Shown: one piece after another, positions 36,027 to 49,700 of the stretch
Layout of the letters: each line of letters begins with the position of its first letter
Position numbering within the stretch: the stretch's first letter is position 1
Origin: Phoronis australis
Lineage: Eukaryota; Animalia; Phoronida
Direction: 5' to 3'
Length of the DNA: 64,000 nucleotides
NCBI GenBank assembly: GCA_002633005.1
Contig: NMRA01000140.1
Coordinates: 620,001 to 684,000, forward strand
Made by a program: the position numbers and the translations under genes
The notes under the pieces: model-generated
Databases searched by the model: none
Seen by the model: the letters and a program-made list of their open reading frames with translations, nothing else
What the model was told of the DNA's origin: nothing

Positions 36027-37738
36027 GGTTATTTAGGACCTTATAGACTTGTCAAATGTTGCCGTGTGAATATACGAAAGAATGTAATGGTATTGTAATC
36101 TTTATTTTTGTTCCGTGGCCCAAATGTGGCCCATGAACACAGCGAAAATAAAGTCCGCACACCTCTCAATACCATACAAAACTTGTTCGAATCTTGTCTG
36201 CAAAGAACAAGAAACACAAAATTAATAAAATGGCTGACACGGGGCGTGGCCAACACAAGACACACAGAAAAAACAGACCATGGAAACAAATTATACACAA
36301 AAATTACAGCAAATTAAAGGCATACACAAAAGGTACCTCGATTGGCGTACATGAAGTAATATCCCACTCGACCTTATTCCGCGTATCGACCTCGGCCGAA
36401 TTTGTATTTATCCCATACCTAAGTTTCTTACATTTTTGAACAGATTTTTCAAATACTTCACCCAGACTGTTTACATGGCGGTTCACATCCTATATGCATG
36501 TACTTGCGCGTTGCAAGTTTTTTCTTGAAAATGAAACAGTTTTAAAAGTAACGATTTATTTCTTGAAAAAAGGTAGTAAAAATGAAAACAACGGCAACTG
36601 AGCAGTGAACTTGTAACATCTCCTGGAAATAGTTAAAAAACAACAATTTTTTATATTTTAATTTCCTAGGAATCGGCGCCTGAGTTGCAGACGATATAGT
36701 ATTCAGCAAATGAAAACTGAGAGAAAGTGTCTTATAATTAACAGCTTTGTTCCAGATTTTACGTTTAGGGCCTGGTTGCATGTCGAGTGTTAGTTACACT
36801 GTTGAAACTGTATTACTTTAAACTATATTCGGAAAGTTTGATGATAGAACCGGCTAAAGAATCGAGTCGACATTGACCTACCTTTTGAACTTTCCATGTC
36901 AGAGGTCGCTGTTGAAGTAGTGCGAGAGGTGAATACGGAAAACTATTACATGGCCGTATTTCCCTCGACAGATTCAACGCGCGTGAAATAAAATAATATT
37001 TACACAAATATACAAACTAAGAAAAATGAAAATATACAAACTGCGACCAAAACAAAGGGAACAGATAAAGAAAGAAAATACTCACTGGACACACGACAAC
37101 AGTAAGCGACTTGACGCTTCAAATGATGCAGAGTGAAAAGGGGAATCAGTGAAACAAAAGGCTAGAAAAGGCCTAGCGGCGAGACAGAAAACTAACACTA
37201 AGTAAAAGAAAAAACATCACATACAAAATACACAAGGAACAAAGTAACATGCAAATCATCCGCAACATCAAATATCTACAAAACTAAAGATTTTAACTTA
37301 GTATTGAAATATACTTTTTCTGTCTTCTTAAAACCACTTTGAGGTGAATTGGATCAGGCGTAGATGTCTTTTTACAGAAATTTAGCAAAAACGAAAGATA
37401 CGTACACAACGAAGTAACAGTATCCATAACATGGCCAAATTTCGTTCGGCATAAGTACTTAAGATGAAATCTCAAATACGCTGTTAAAATTGTACAAACT
37501 ATCATTTCGTTTCGTTTTATGCAACCATTCAGCATTTTCGTAAGAATCATAAAAGTCCTATTTTGATGGCCCCTCATGCAAAAGTGGAAACTTTTGAAAC
37601 CAATTCCTAACAGTACTCTGGGAAACAGTGCGTAAAGCATGGTATCCGAGTCTTCTAATGAATCTGATCAGCCATGTCTGAAATGTGATGATCCAAATTT
37701 TGCCAATTTTGGACATTTTTACAGGGTCCTGCATAACC
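36027..37738. mobile_element. Kolobok-like non-autonomous element (~1.7 kb)
   Basis: TTAA|GGTTATTTAGGACC...GGTCCTGCATAACC|TTAA (12/14 TIR match). Confidence 0.7.
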
Positions 37739-39564
37739 TTAACAGCATTACATCTTCGACTGAAATGCGAATCATTGCGAACCTTTTTAGGAATGTCACC
37801 AATTTCATTTTTGCAATGTTTCACCTCAGATATTCAGTACAATGCGAGATAGATATTTATTAACTACGTTTGCTATGAACAATTTATACTAGTCGATGAG
37901 TGAGTAAGCCATTTTATTTCTAAAGCACGTTAATAACTTTTAAAAGACTCACTTACGATTCTCAGAAATAAGGAAGTTGCTCCATTTATATCTTCAATTA
38001 GTACAAAATGTAAACGAACCGTTCGAAATAATTGCATTTGTCATGAAAAATCAATGCGATATTCCTTTTTACGAAGGATATTAAGCTCAATGTTTCAGCA
38101 AATATGCTGACATCAAATATGTTTGATAATGGAACTGGAAATTCTTAATTCAACTCTAAGAGGTCCAAACACTGCTATGATGCAATAAACACTGCTATAA
38201 ATTTGAAATTATTCCTGCATTTATTCGAAACCAGGCTGAAGACATAAATTTTCATATTGCATATTTCTATGTTCATTTTTCTGATTAAATAATGGAGCTT
38301 CTTCATCAAAAATAATTCGAGTGTCTTACGTAAGTGACTTTTTCTTTTCCTTTTTTGTTTTGTGCAAAAATCCTCCAGGCCAGCAACTCTTCCCGGCTGT
38401 TGAACCTCGTGACCTTCAGGCATAACCTGAGATGACGCGTGAGCTCACTTCAGGGCTTCTAGTCCTCTCTCACGGGCGTTCTCATTAAAAGCGTACTTTT
38501 CTTACGAGCTGTACTTCTTTTCTCCTCAACTGCAATTAAGTTCTTATTGACTCAATTCTTTTCTCAGTGATTGTATTTTGCTTCAACGGCCAACGTCAAT
38601 CTTTGGACTTGTTCCATGATTTCCGGTTGCGACTTACTCTACGGTTAGAGGGCTCTTCATTCGCAAACAAACTGAGATGATGGATAGTAAAATTCGAATC
38701 TTATACTGTAATCATTTTGAAAGTTGGCGTACGAGATTTCGTTCGAGACCTCAAATGAAGCCGCCCAGTTCACTCCTTTGCTGGTGCTGTATAGTTAGAC
38801 TATAGCCGCTGCCAGTTTGCACCCAGAACTAAAATTCTTGGGCCAGTCCAGGTTTGACTGTAGTTTTGAGGTATGTGTTGCATTTGATGTACGTAGGTTC
38901 AGTGAATCTGGTTTGCTTGTGCATGTTGGGAATCAGAAAACGGCTCCTGGCCAGGACGCTGTTTTCAGTAGAGGCACCGCTTTTTGCAGCATAGATCGTC
39001 TAAACGCACTTGAAAGCATGCACTTAATCTCTTATACGTGTATTTCGAAAAAGTCGAGAAAATTTGTACAGTACAGTTTTTGGAGAGCATATTAATTCAC
39101 TGGATTTTTGAATTCAAGAAGACAAGTTTAGGGAAACTATGTTTCTCCAGGTATCCCTCTGTGGCAAGAGAAAATGGAGTCACCGGTTGCTCTTTCGTTT
39201 TTCTCGGGCACTTTAGGAAAATCAAGGAAAGCAGTTTATCAAAAATCACAGGCAAATCTAATTTAGCTCACTTTCAATATTTCATTTTCGATTTGTTAAG
39301 ATTTGTTAAGACGAAGTACAGCAATACTGAAAAGCACCCACAGCGCGACAAAAGCGCTGTTGCTGAATATTCTATCGCTCTTCTGAGCGCTACGATTTGT
39401 CAACGCTTGCGCTGTTCTCTTATGAAATTACTCATATCTTGAGAATGCTTGTGATTGACCGAGATCCTCGCGTGCTTTTCACGCGTAGGATCTTCAATTT
39501 TAATTAAATTAGATAATTAACACAGCGAAATTGATACTAGATATATAGAAAAAGAGAAGAAGGA

Positions 39565-39675
39565 CTGGGGCATATAAGGGAGGGGAACATCGGGGCGGGG
39601 GAACATCGCAACGAGGGAATATAAGTTGGGTACATAGGGACGAGGGAATATAGGGACCGGGCAACAGCGGTAGGG
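39565..39675. repeat. Degenerate short tandem GGG(A/C)A(C/T)AT(A/C) repeats
   Basis: About 7 imperfect 15-17-bp units. Confidence 0.6.
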
Positions 39676-40983
39676 TCCCACCAAACTACAGCTCCTAAGA
39701 AATGTTTGCTTTTCGTTTATGTAAAGAGGAGGTACAAGGAGGACTGTGAAGTATTACGATTGGCATCCCTAACTTTGCCCGGAATGTGATTCTTAGTTGA
39801 GATATGATGTCTAAATACACAATATTCTGGTAATAGTTGACATCCAGGAAACTGCATGTTAGCATATATCATTGTCAGGATACTCAGTTTTCAAAACGGA
39901 TATGGTTATTACGAGGAACGTTTTTTGTGTAATAATCCATGGAAATTTTTAGAGACTCATCGAGGGTTTCAATTGTTAAGGCTTTCGAAAACAATCTCAT
40001 GTTCAATGACATCGGTTATTGGCCACATTAATGTAAAAGAAATCATAAAAACGCGAAGTTTCGCTTTATTAGCTGAAAGCATCATCAGGTGAGTTCAGGT
40101 AAAAGTTAAGTGTGGTTAACGTAGGTGCAGATTGAAAGAGACTTGGGCTGAGTTCCGGAAACAAAAGTATTTCGCGAAGCAAGCTAGTGCGATCACGTGG
40201 TCTATTTGTAATACTTGGGGATATCTCGTGAAGTCTTGGGCGATTTTTCGTTTTCGAGAGGATATCGCCTCTAAGGAACACACGTCTGGTTAGCATTCAC
40301 CGGCAGCACCACATACAGCACGCTGAGTAGATCGCCGCCTCAAACTCAGTTATCTTCGTCTAGAAGCTTTTGTTAGGAAACAAAAACAAGAAAAGACAAC
40401 CGATTTTGCTCTTTTATAACTTTGGTCAAAGCTAATGACTTCACTCTTACCCAAAATAACCCCCAAATGGGTTTTTGGCCGGAAAATCGATTAACTGTAT
40501 CATTTCAACTTAAATATTGGAAACGTGCGTTTCGCAACTGATGCAACAAATAACGTATTGAGTGCTTGACTTCTTGCAAGTTCAATGTGAGCAGCAAAAT
40601 TAAATTCTTGTATTCAAGAAGAAGGCATTGAGAAAATGTTCATCTGCAGTACAAACCTGAAAGGGGACTTGTTATTTGGTTGCCGTAAGTGTTTTTGACG
40701 CAACTTCACGCAAGTCACAGTTTGTGCTACCAAACTACTTTTGCTGTAGTAACAGAACAATTGTCGCTATACCACCAGCACGGAAACGTTCTCATCGATT
40801 TTTAAACCACGTATTGCGAATGTATAAATGAAGTAAGACATTGGCTCTACATAATACACTGCACTGACTGGTAAACGGGCAAGGAGCGTAAATATCGCCA
40901 ATGTCTTCGTAAACCACCTGCGTACCCGGACATCGGAAAGGTACTCATATATAAATTGTAGCAAAATATCTTTACCACGAAAG

Positions 40984-41062
40984 CCAAGGACAGAAGGCGA
41001 AATCGTGCGATCATACGAAGCTGTCCGAGGGCTTCTCCCTCCTCTATTCTACTCTCTCTCTC
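40984..41062. mobile_element. 79-bp insertion flanked by a 12-bp TSD (truncated retroposon-like)
   Basis: TTACCACGAAAG at 40972-40983 and 41063-41074; internal stem GGACAG..CTGTCC and (CT)n tail. Confidence 0.65.
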
Positions 41063-42093
41063 TTACCACGAAAGGGTTTGAATTTCTACCAACAGAAATT
41101 CTTGAAAACGGAGTTGTTGGTAACTATGAAGGACGGGGCTTAAGTTGATGAGGACAAGGAATGATACCCGAGAATTGATGAACAGCCGGAAGCGGAGAGC
41201 GACACACTGGCGCCGACTTCCAAAACTATTCACCTTTCGACGGTTGCACTTAGGTATTATATGTTGTTGATGTCTTGTTTTTGGTTCTTTATCCACGGGA
41301 TCAATGTATTAAACATTTAAAGATTCATGTAGCCGCTGGTTAGCTAACTAAAAACAATAATTGAATTTAAAAAAATCGGTTTTGTAATATTCCTTATAGG
41401 ATTCCATTTCCGTCACAGGAAATACCCAAATGCTTTATTTGCGAACTCGCAATCTTAAGATGACGGCAACCTCAATAAGTCTTAAGTATTTTGTTGAGTC
41501 TCTGATGGTTTCCATGTTCGTTTGGTAACGGAAATACAATATGTGGCCGATTTTATGAGAAAAAAGATTATTTTCGTTTTAGCCAGCTAACAATTCTAAG
41601 TAAGCCCTTCTTCGAGAAATCTTACATTTTACTGCGTTGATGGTATAAACATTTTATTTTATGAATTCAAATGCGTGACTGAAAATTGACAAAAGGCGAT
41701 TATAGACGGTACGGGTATGCCATAGACTATAGACAACAGATTCGCAACTCCGACATTTTTTGTGTACTATCCTAGAGGAGGCGCCACTCTCCTAAATTGT
41801 CTGGTGCAGTTTCCGATTAGTGTATTTTGACGGGAAATACTCGCGTCTACTTTACTATCCATTATATCGACATTGAGACGCTGTTCAAAGTTTTCCAATA
41901 GTAGAATTGTTGGTATCGTGATTACTTTTAGCAATGCTACTACCACCCGACCACACAACAGCCGACCATGATTAACAGACGACGTACTTGCCGGAAATAA
42001 CACCAGTAATTTGGCCATGTGTCGCTGGTGAATAATGACGTAAATGCACAGCTTTCGCCCTGGGCTTGCCGAGGGATTTTGTTTTCTCACATG

Positions 42094-43156
42094 AACCGTA
42101 AAAACGATGTTTTGCCAAAAAACTCGACGTGTCTAAAACTTTCAACCACATGACGCAACTTTTGTAAAAACACGCTTGCGCTATGCAAAGTAAACCCAGT
42201 TACTTTTTGTTAATATTTTTTAAACTTAACAATTGTAAATTGCATTTAGCTGGTAACAAACGATCAAGTTAGAACCTAATAAATTCTCTTTGAAGTTGTA
42301 ACATTAAAACTTAACAAATGTTTATAAATAACAGTCAGCAGGGCTTTCCCGCGCGTGAGCATTGAATTGACCTGAAGACAGCACAGCTAGTCTCACCGCG
42401 TGGTTCCTAGGCATTGAGGTTTGTCTCCATTTGAATGAACGTGGATATGGAATTTGCGACTCCAAGATGTGTCCGTTTAGGAAGTTGTTTGCATGTCCTT
42501 ACGACTGACAGTACGTACGGGCAGTTGCGACACCCGATTTGTCAATCATAACCTTATCACTTTCACGGAATTCCGGCATTGTTTGGTTGTTGGTATTAGT
42601 GTTTTGCAGACGATAAAATGTAAGGCGTATGGATTTCTACTTTGCTCTGCTTTGTGATTCGCTCATGTAATATATGGAGAACCCTACACTCCTCTCAGGT
42701 TTATGACATGGGCAAAACCTCTTGGAAATTTCTTCAAAACCCCAAGACTTAACCGTAAAAACAATCTTTTTGCCGAAAAACTCGACGTGTCTAAAACTTT
42801 CCACTGCATGACGCAACTTTTCTGAAAACATGCTTGCGCAATGTAAATAACCTTAGTTACATTTTGTTAATAGTTTAATTTGAAACGTAACAATTTTAAA
42901 TTGCATTTAGCTTTTGTAACAAATCTAACAAATACTCTTTTAAGATATAACTTTAAAACTTAACAAATGTTTATAAATAACAGTTAGCAGGGCTTCCCCG
43001 CTTGTGAGCACTGAACTAACCTTGAAACAGCACAGCTTGACGGTCTCACCTCGTAGTTTCTTGAGTTGAGTTGGTTGTGATTCGTCTCTGTTTGAATGAA
43101 CGTGTCTACGGAATTCGCCGCCGAAGATGGGTCCGTGCAGTTGTTTGCATGCCCTT
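42094..43156. repeat. Diverged direct duplication of ~405 bp (42094-42500 and 42751-43156)
   Basis: Shared AACCGTAAAAAC..AAAAACTCGACGTGTCTAAAACTTTC..AAAACTTAACAAATGTTTATAAATAACAGT..GTTGTTTGCATG. Confidence 0.85.
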
Positions 43157-44724
43157 CCGTTTTCACATTTACAAGTTATCAATGAATACAACTGCATTTT
43201 GTTTAGTGAAGACTTTGTTAAAATACCATCACCGTTTAATTCCAGCTATACGTTAGCTTATTTAGGAACATTCGAATACAACAAAGACATTAAGATCGTG
43301 ATATGGTAAATCAAAGTTATGGCCAAATGCAACTGTAAGTATTGTAAGTTCAATAGTTGTCTGTGATAGTCATGTACGGTGCGTATTGCATTTTCAGCAG
43401 TTACTGCATCCGATCATCAATGCCCCTGTATTACGCATCAGCTTTTGCTCCACCAGGGGTCTCTCATGGAGAGTTTCGTAAGACGGAAATTTGATCTTGC
43501 GCGCCTACTTCACAATTGCTGCAAGAGATTTAGTCAAGTAATTACGAGCTCATCATTGTCTAGAAATAATCTAAAAATTATCTCACTCAGCAACTAGCAG
43601 TTAATGTCAAATACTTTGCTCTGTTTGCTCAAGTGGGGTTTAATTACTTTTAACTAGGATTCAAAATATATTGGATCTTAGTTTTTGAGAAATAACTGCT
43701 CCTAGGATTCAACAGGAATCCTAGGTTGTGTGGAACGTGAGGTGAACTGAAAAAGATAATGGCTAGAACGAAATCCGTTCACGCGAACTTGAATCCCAGC
43801 ACGCAATGACAGCAGGTTCATTTCACAACGTTTAATAAACCTCGAGGTTACAAGTACATGCGTTTCGTGTATGCAGGTAGCAGTCATTCTCGACTACAGT
43901 TTTCATTTAACACTTGGTTACACACTCGCTTGAGTGAATTTCTTTCAAAATTTCTGTAGAATAGACAATGTTCAGCTGGGGACACAGTATACTGCAGCTC
44001 ACCAATCTTCGCTTTCGACGCCAATGAAACAACACCTAATTCTGAACTAGGCATTCAATCTAGGATTTTAGAATATCACTGTTCATTGTCAAGGTTGAGA
44101 GTGAAATGCTAAAAGTGTAACCAATGGAACAATTGCTCAATGTGAGTGGTTGAAATGAGTCCTCATCTAAAACTCACGAAACTGTAAAAAAACGACACAA
44201 CACGAGTTATCAGGGGACATGCGTCACTTTGAGTGAAATCTTCGCGAGTGATGTTTGGCATACTTCTAGGCGGTTGTTTCAGTAAGACAAAGCAAAACGA
44301 GCATTTCGGTGTAACTTCCTTTTGTTGTATTGCCCATTTTATTTTCGAAAACAATTAGGACTATTTCCCAATTATTGCTATTTTCACAAGTGCACAAACA
44401 TCCGCTGCAGGGAGTATAGGGTTGAGGCTTGCTCTGGCGTAAGCTTTTGACTTCATAATTATGGGAATGCAAAAACGAAACTACTGATGTTTTTGTTTAT
44501 GCCTGTTTTATATGTCTAAAATTTGACAAAACAATCAAAAATTCGATTTCACATGAATATTGAGGAACTTTGTAAAAACTGGAGTTTGAAGCAAACGTAT
44601 AATCTACAGAAATAAACACGGGCCTGCCAAAAGAGTGATTTGGCCCTTCTGAAAATTGCACCTTTTTGGAAACCATCTATTTTACCGAAAGAGCGTCCAT
44701 GAAGTGGCCTGTTGGAAAAATGAA

Positions 44725-44865
44725 AAGGTACTTGGCCCTATTCTTTTCAATGTTTTTATGAATGGCCTGCTCATACAACTTGATCCCATTTCCTGCAATA
44801 TGATCTGCGATGCTATGTATGTTTTAATCTTGGGGAAATTTTCATCGACTGAATTCCATTTTTGA
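44725..44865 (+). pseudogene. LINE (CR1/L2-group) RT remnant
   Basis: VLGPILFNVFMNGL in ORF 44656-44865 matches the RT motif VLGPxLFNxxxNDL. Confidence 0.6.
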
Positions 44866-45435
44866 TATAGCAGCACTAATCTTTGTGTGATACAACATGA
44901 TGGCGTTGCATCAGAAAGTTTCACCATTAGCTTCGGGAGCGGTATACTGGTGCATTTCAACGAATTGAAACATTGGAATTTAATTTCCAGCAGACGGAAT
45001 AACCGAATGTTCTTGGTTCTGATAATCAAAGAGAAGCCATGTTATAAAATCAACCCCCAGTGCTCCCCGTCGTCGCATTGGGGAAGAGTAGAATTCCTTA
45101 CCGTGGTAGGATTAGATTTCTGTTACGCACAAGAACGTCGAAACGATCAGCGAACCAAGAAATGATTCAGAGCTTATTGGGGTTGACCAACCTTAAACTT
45201 GCAAAAATTCGGAAGTGCACAAGTAGTACTTGCCTGCAATTTGAGTAGCCAACTCATTCGGCACCAATTCAGGGCCAGGGAAGCATGGTAATGTTTTAGC
45301 CCTAAACCAGCACGTGACATGTGTAGCGTACAGTCGCACGCACGTTAGATGTCTCTCTTGTTGTTGTTGTTGACCCAGCAGTTTACACACGTATAATAAT
45401 AATACCGTAACATTGGCTCATAAAACTTTATTTAT

Positions 45436-45525
45436 GATATGATACGATAAGATACGGCAAGATACGATTTTCAATACGGTGAACGATTTACGATTCACGA
45501 TACGATCTACTGTCTTACGATACGG
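45436..45525. repeat. Degenerate (GATAC)n tract
   Basis: gatatgatacgataagatacggcaagatacg...cgatacg. Confidence 0.65.
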
Positions 45526-46397
45526 TTAAACCTGAAACAATTAATAAAGATAATGCAATATCTAATACAAATTGAAGTACCAAATACATCATACTAAAAT
45601 ACAGAAAATTGTATATCTAGTAATATTATGTCAACTCACAATTTGACAAACAATAGTTAGCAGAAACTTGTAGTTACAACAATTTCTATTACAACACTTT
45701 CTATGAGTTAATCAAATAATCAAAGAACTGAGAATAGTTGTTTCTAAAGTCAAAGTTTATAGTAAAACATCAAGAAACAAAGTTGTCTCTTACCAACGCT
45801 GGGTATCTGTGATATTTTTGAAGCAAGCAGCAGCCTCTCTCCAAGCAATATGAATTCTAGAGTAGCTAACAGAATATTTATACTGAACACAAGAAAGGTG
45901 GGCGAGATAATTCAAAACATGAAAACCCACAAACTTCCTCCAAAATGCTACATCTAGTTCCAAAACAATTCTCTGAACAAGGTCGCTGGTTCCAAAACAA
46001 TTCTGTGAATCAATCTGCTGGACTCCAGCAATGAACCCAAGTCATTACCAATTATGGTGCAGGACAATCAAGAGTTGAGTAATTCCGATGGACAAATAAC
46101 AGATTATTGTTGTTGTCGGAAATGCCTCATCCCAAAGCTGACAGGTTTTCAAAGACTTTAAGTTACACAACTTGCAAAACAAGGCACAATTGTTATTATA
46201 AACATCCCACAACTGGTAACAGACATGTGGTGAATCACTTCCCATGAACTCCTAGGAGGTTACAAATTTTGGTAAACAACCAATATGTTTAATTAATTAT
46301 ACCTTAGTCACTAAAATTGCATAACATTGCTTTTAATTAGACTAATTATCTACAGCATCAGAAAATGTCACCAACAACATGTTTTCTTATTTTTTAA

Positions 46398-46780
46398 GAT
46401 TGCGTAGGACACTTGAAAAATGGTCAAATTGACAAATTTTGGAATTTATCATATCTCGTAAATGGCTGATCGGATTCATATGAAACTTTCAGATACCATG
46501 CCTTATGCGCTGTCCCCAAAACGGTAGATATTTCACTTTTGCACGAGAGGCTATGATTTTTATGAAAAATACTCAAAAAATGCATAAAAAAGGAATTGAC
46601 AATTTGGAAAAACATTTTTTGAGATTTCATCTTGAGTATTTATATCGAACGAAATTTGGTCATGTTATAATATTGTTACTCTGCAATGGATGTGTCTTCG
46701 TTTTTTGCTAAATTTTACTAAAAAGACATGGACATGTGGCCCAATTAATAACAGATTGGTATAAAATCAAAAATGACATT
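46398..46780. mobile_element. Terminal fragment of a relative of the 36027-37738 element, inverted
   Basis: Starts TTAA|GATTGCGTAGGAC; its reverse complement aligns to 37360-37738 (e.g. ATG.CCAAATTTCGTTCG.ATAA.TACT.AAGATGAAATCTCAAA). Confidence 0.7.
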
Positions 46781-49700
46781 CTACAGGCTTTCGTCTTTCA
46801 GAAAATATAAGTTTAATGAACTAGAATCTATACCTTTGTACATATTGGGCTAAATATACCAACAAGTCGATAAGGTAATGTATAACTTTAGAAAGACATC
46901 GGGAGGCATACGTACATTTTGATATGCTTTTTATCTCGGAACCCCGTAAGAAAGATTTCTTGTCACCACGGAACAAAATAAAAATAAAACGATTAAACAA
47001 CGCGTTCTACTGTAGATTTAATGGAACCACCGCAAGGCAACACACGTGACTCCTTTGGGAATAGCACGGAAACGATACGACGTATGTTCTGGGAGTTGCG
47101 ATCACGGTCTTTATTGTTGAGATCTAACGTAGTGATCATATTTTTGTACAGTTGATGACACAGTAGATGAAGGGTTTAATTCGTCTTTCGAAGCAAGTCA
47201 GGCTTGTTATTTTTATGGTGGTATCAACACGCAGCGTATCAACGCGCAGCATTGTAAAGGGCCAAGTGATCGAACCCCGTGCACGTGAAAACGTAATCGC
47301 ATTCGCCACCCGTCTCTCCCTGCATAAAATGGATTCTTCCTACAAGCGCACTTTTCATTGAATCTGTTTATATTGTTTCAACGGGCTGATTGCAATAAAA
47401 AAACGTTCGCATTGTTCTGGCACCTGGCAAAGTAATCACCCACCTAGTTGGTGGAGCAAAGATTTACAAACTCAACAAAGTGTTCAAAATCCTTTTTGAA
47501 TTCTTGTCGAGGAGAGTGTTTGCTGAAAAATCAGAAGTATAACAAGCAAGCAACAGGCTTCGATATTCGTTACAGTCGTTGACACGAGCTTTCTAGCGCT
47601 TTCCGGGCTTAAAACTTATTAGTGTACGTTGTATTTTCTGAAGAAAACATTAAAAATACATTTTGAACCTCATTTATTGTTAAAAATACAACATCCAACT
47701 CAAACACACCGACGCATTGAATATTTTCAGATGATGTTTTGGCACGAAACGTAAGTATACTCTTTCTGTGTCACCCATTACCACTTGATAATTCTGTTGT
47801 TTCTTAGAATAATCAGCAACGCAACGAGTGCCCCTGAACAAAAGTCATATTTCAAACATTTTATTTTGAGTAAAACACATGCGCTAAGCTACATCATATC
47901 CTGGATGTTTAAGGTTATATCAAAAACTAGGCTTTGTCAACTAGTAATAGTATACGTTTTATATTCATGTATCATTATTATTACGTTAACACCTTTTTAA
48001 AGTTCAAATTTCATTTTAAGAAAGGTACATTCATATCAAAATAACCCCTCTGTCAATTTTTATGAAAATTTTACCACGTCTCAAAAACGCTGTTAGGAAT
48101 TTTCGGTTAGTCTTTTCGTTTGGTTTCTGTGACAAATCAGCTCCCAAAGAGTAAGGTCGGTATTTTTGTAAAACATAGCAATTGTATTCGTCTTCGTTAC
48201 ATTACACAAAAACTAGGCCTTTATATCGAAAACCCTAACTGCGTTTCTGATGAATAAATGTTAAGTCTGGAAACTTTAAGCCGTTTTTGAGAACCCGTGT
48301 TCCTAAGTTAAAATTAAGCCGATTTGCCGAAGCCGAGAAAAAGCCGATTAATTCATGAGAGGTGAATATCTCAAGGTCTTGGGTTCATTATTCGGTGAAA
48401 ACTTGTTTTCGGTCAATACAGCCTATATACCTCTTAACGCGTTCATTATTTCAACATTCACGCGCAATATCATCTGAATTTGCTGTTCATAATTAATTTA
48501 ATGATCACAAAAACGTCTCAATCAGCCAAATCGATTCCAACTAGGTTACGGGCGGACTAGGTCACGGGCGGAGCCAACCTATTAAGTGGGTTAAACTGGT
48601 GCATTGTGGTCCACTTTGAAGTAGGTCAACAGTTCATTGTTAGACACACCACACCCTGGAAGGCTGAAACCCAAGTACGAAATGGATGCAAAATACGAGT
48701 CGGTGGTTGAAGCACGTCGTGAGATCGAAACAGCAAAATGTCAAATTACCAGAATTAAGGAATTTAGGTCAGAATTTATCTCTTTCCACAACTTGCTGTG
48801 TTGGTGAACACAAAGTCACAGTGGCGTGAGATAACTCGTAGCATTCGTTCTCAACGATCGTCTACATGCAGAGACACAGCCCCCTCATTATCAAAACTAC
48901 GTTGTTTGCATCTTTCTATTATATGTACACCTCACTGACGTAATATTATGGCGAATCGGTGAATGAAAGGACTGAGGGAGATTCGATTTGAGTGACAGCC
49001 CCGTAACCTTTGACCTCGGATAAATAGAAAATTAATTTCCACGCGGTTGTGTGGTCCCAAGGTGGTTCTGCTGTTTTTTTCGTATTTGAAGTTTCCCGAG
49101 AATGAAGATAAGGTATTTTGCTTGACATATGTGAAGTATTGTAAAAATGGCCAATTTTTGTGAATAAGGTTTGAGATATCCTTAAACGTTCCAGAAAAAT
49201 GAAAAAGCTGAATAAATCTAACGTTCGTTTACGATAAAGGAGCAATAGGTTGACAGATACTGACGTCGCACAATTTCCCACTATTTCCGCGAGGTGAAAC
49301 AAAACCTAACTTCAACGTGAAAATAGCGCTTGCCTGGCTGTAATTTAGCACGTTCTATGGCTTTAGCGCTCGTTTTCCAGCTACATAGCATATGCTTTAA
49401 TGAAATATGGTCTTTTTCACGTGTAATCGTGTCCCCTATTCGTGAAGCTGCGGAAAATCGAAAAGCGACTAAGTTCTATTCCCAAGGCTAGTTCTAAATT
49501 TTTATTAATATTTGAGACTAGTAAATCATATCTGGCATTTGTAGAAAATTGTTTTGTGTTTCAGTAAATCGATTTTCAAACAAAAATAAAAGTTGGTAGC
49601 GTTAAGATAAGAGTTTCTAATGAAACAATACATCCGGTTTCATCACCAGGACAATACCAGGAAGACATTACATTATTCATGTGGTCACGATTAGAACACA

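Noticed and set aside
38175-38620. Decayed coiled-coil-like coding fragment on the minus strand
   Set aside because: Multiple stops and no recognisable motif; cannot be supported.
42094-43156. TRIM or LTR pair
   Set aside because: No TG..CA ends, PBS, PPT or TSD found.
37300-46860. Single 9-kb element bounded by long inverted repeats
   Set aside because: The TTAA-flanked termini face inward and the left copy already has its partner TIR at 36027; these are two independent diverged copies.
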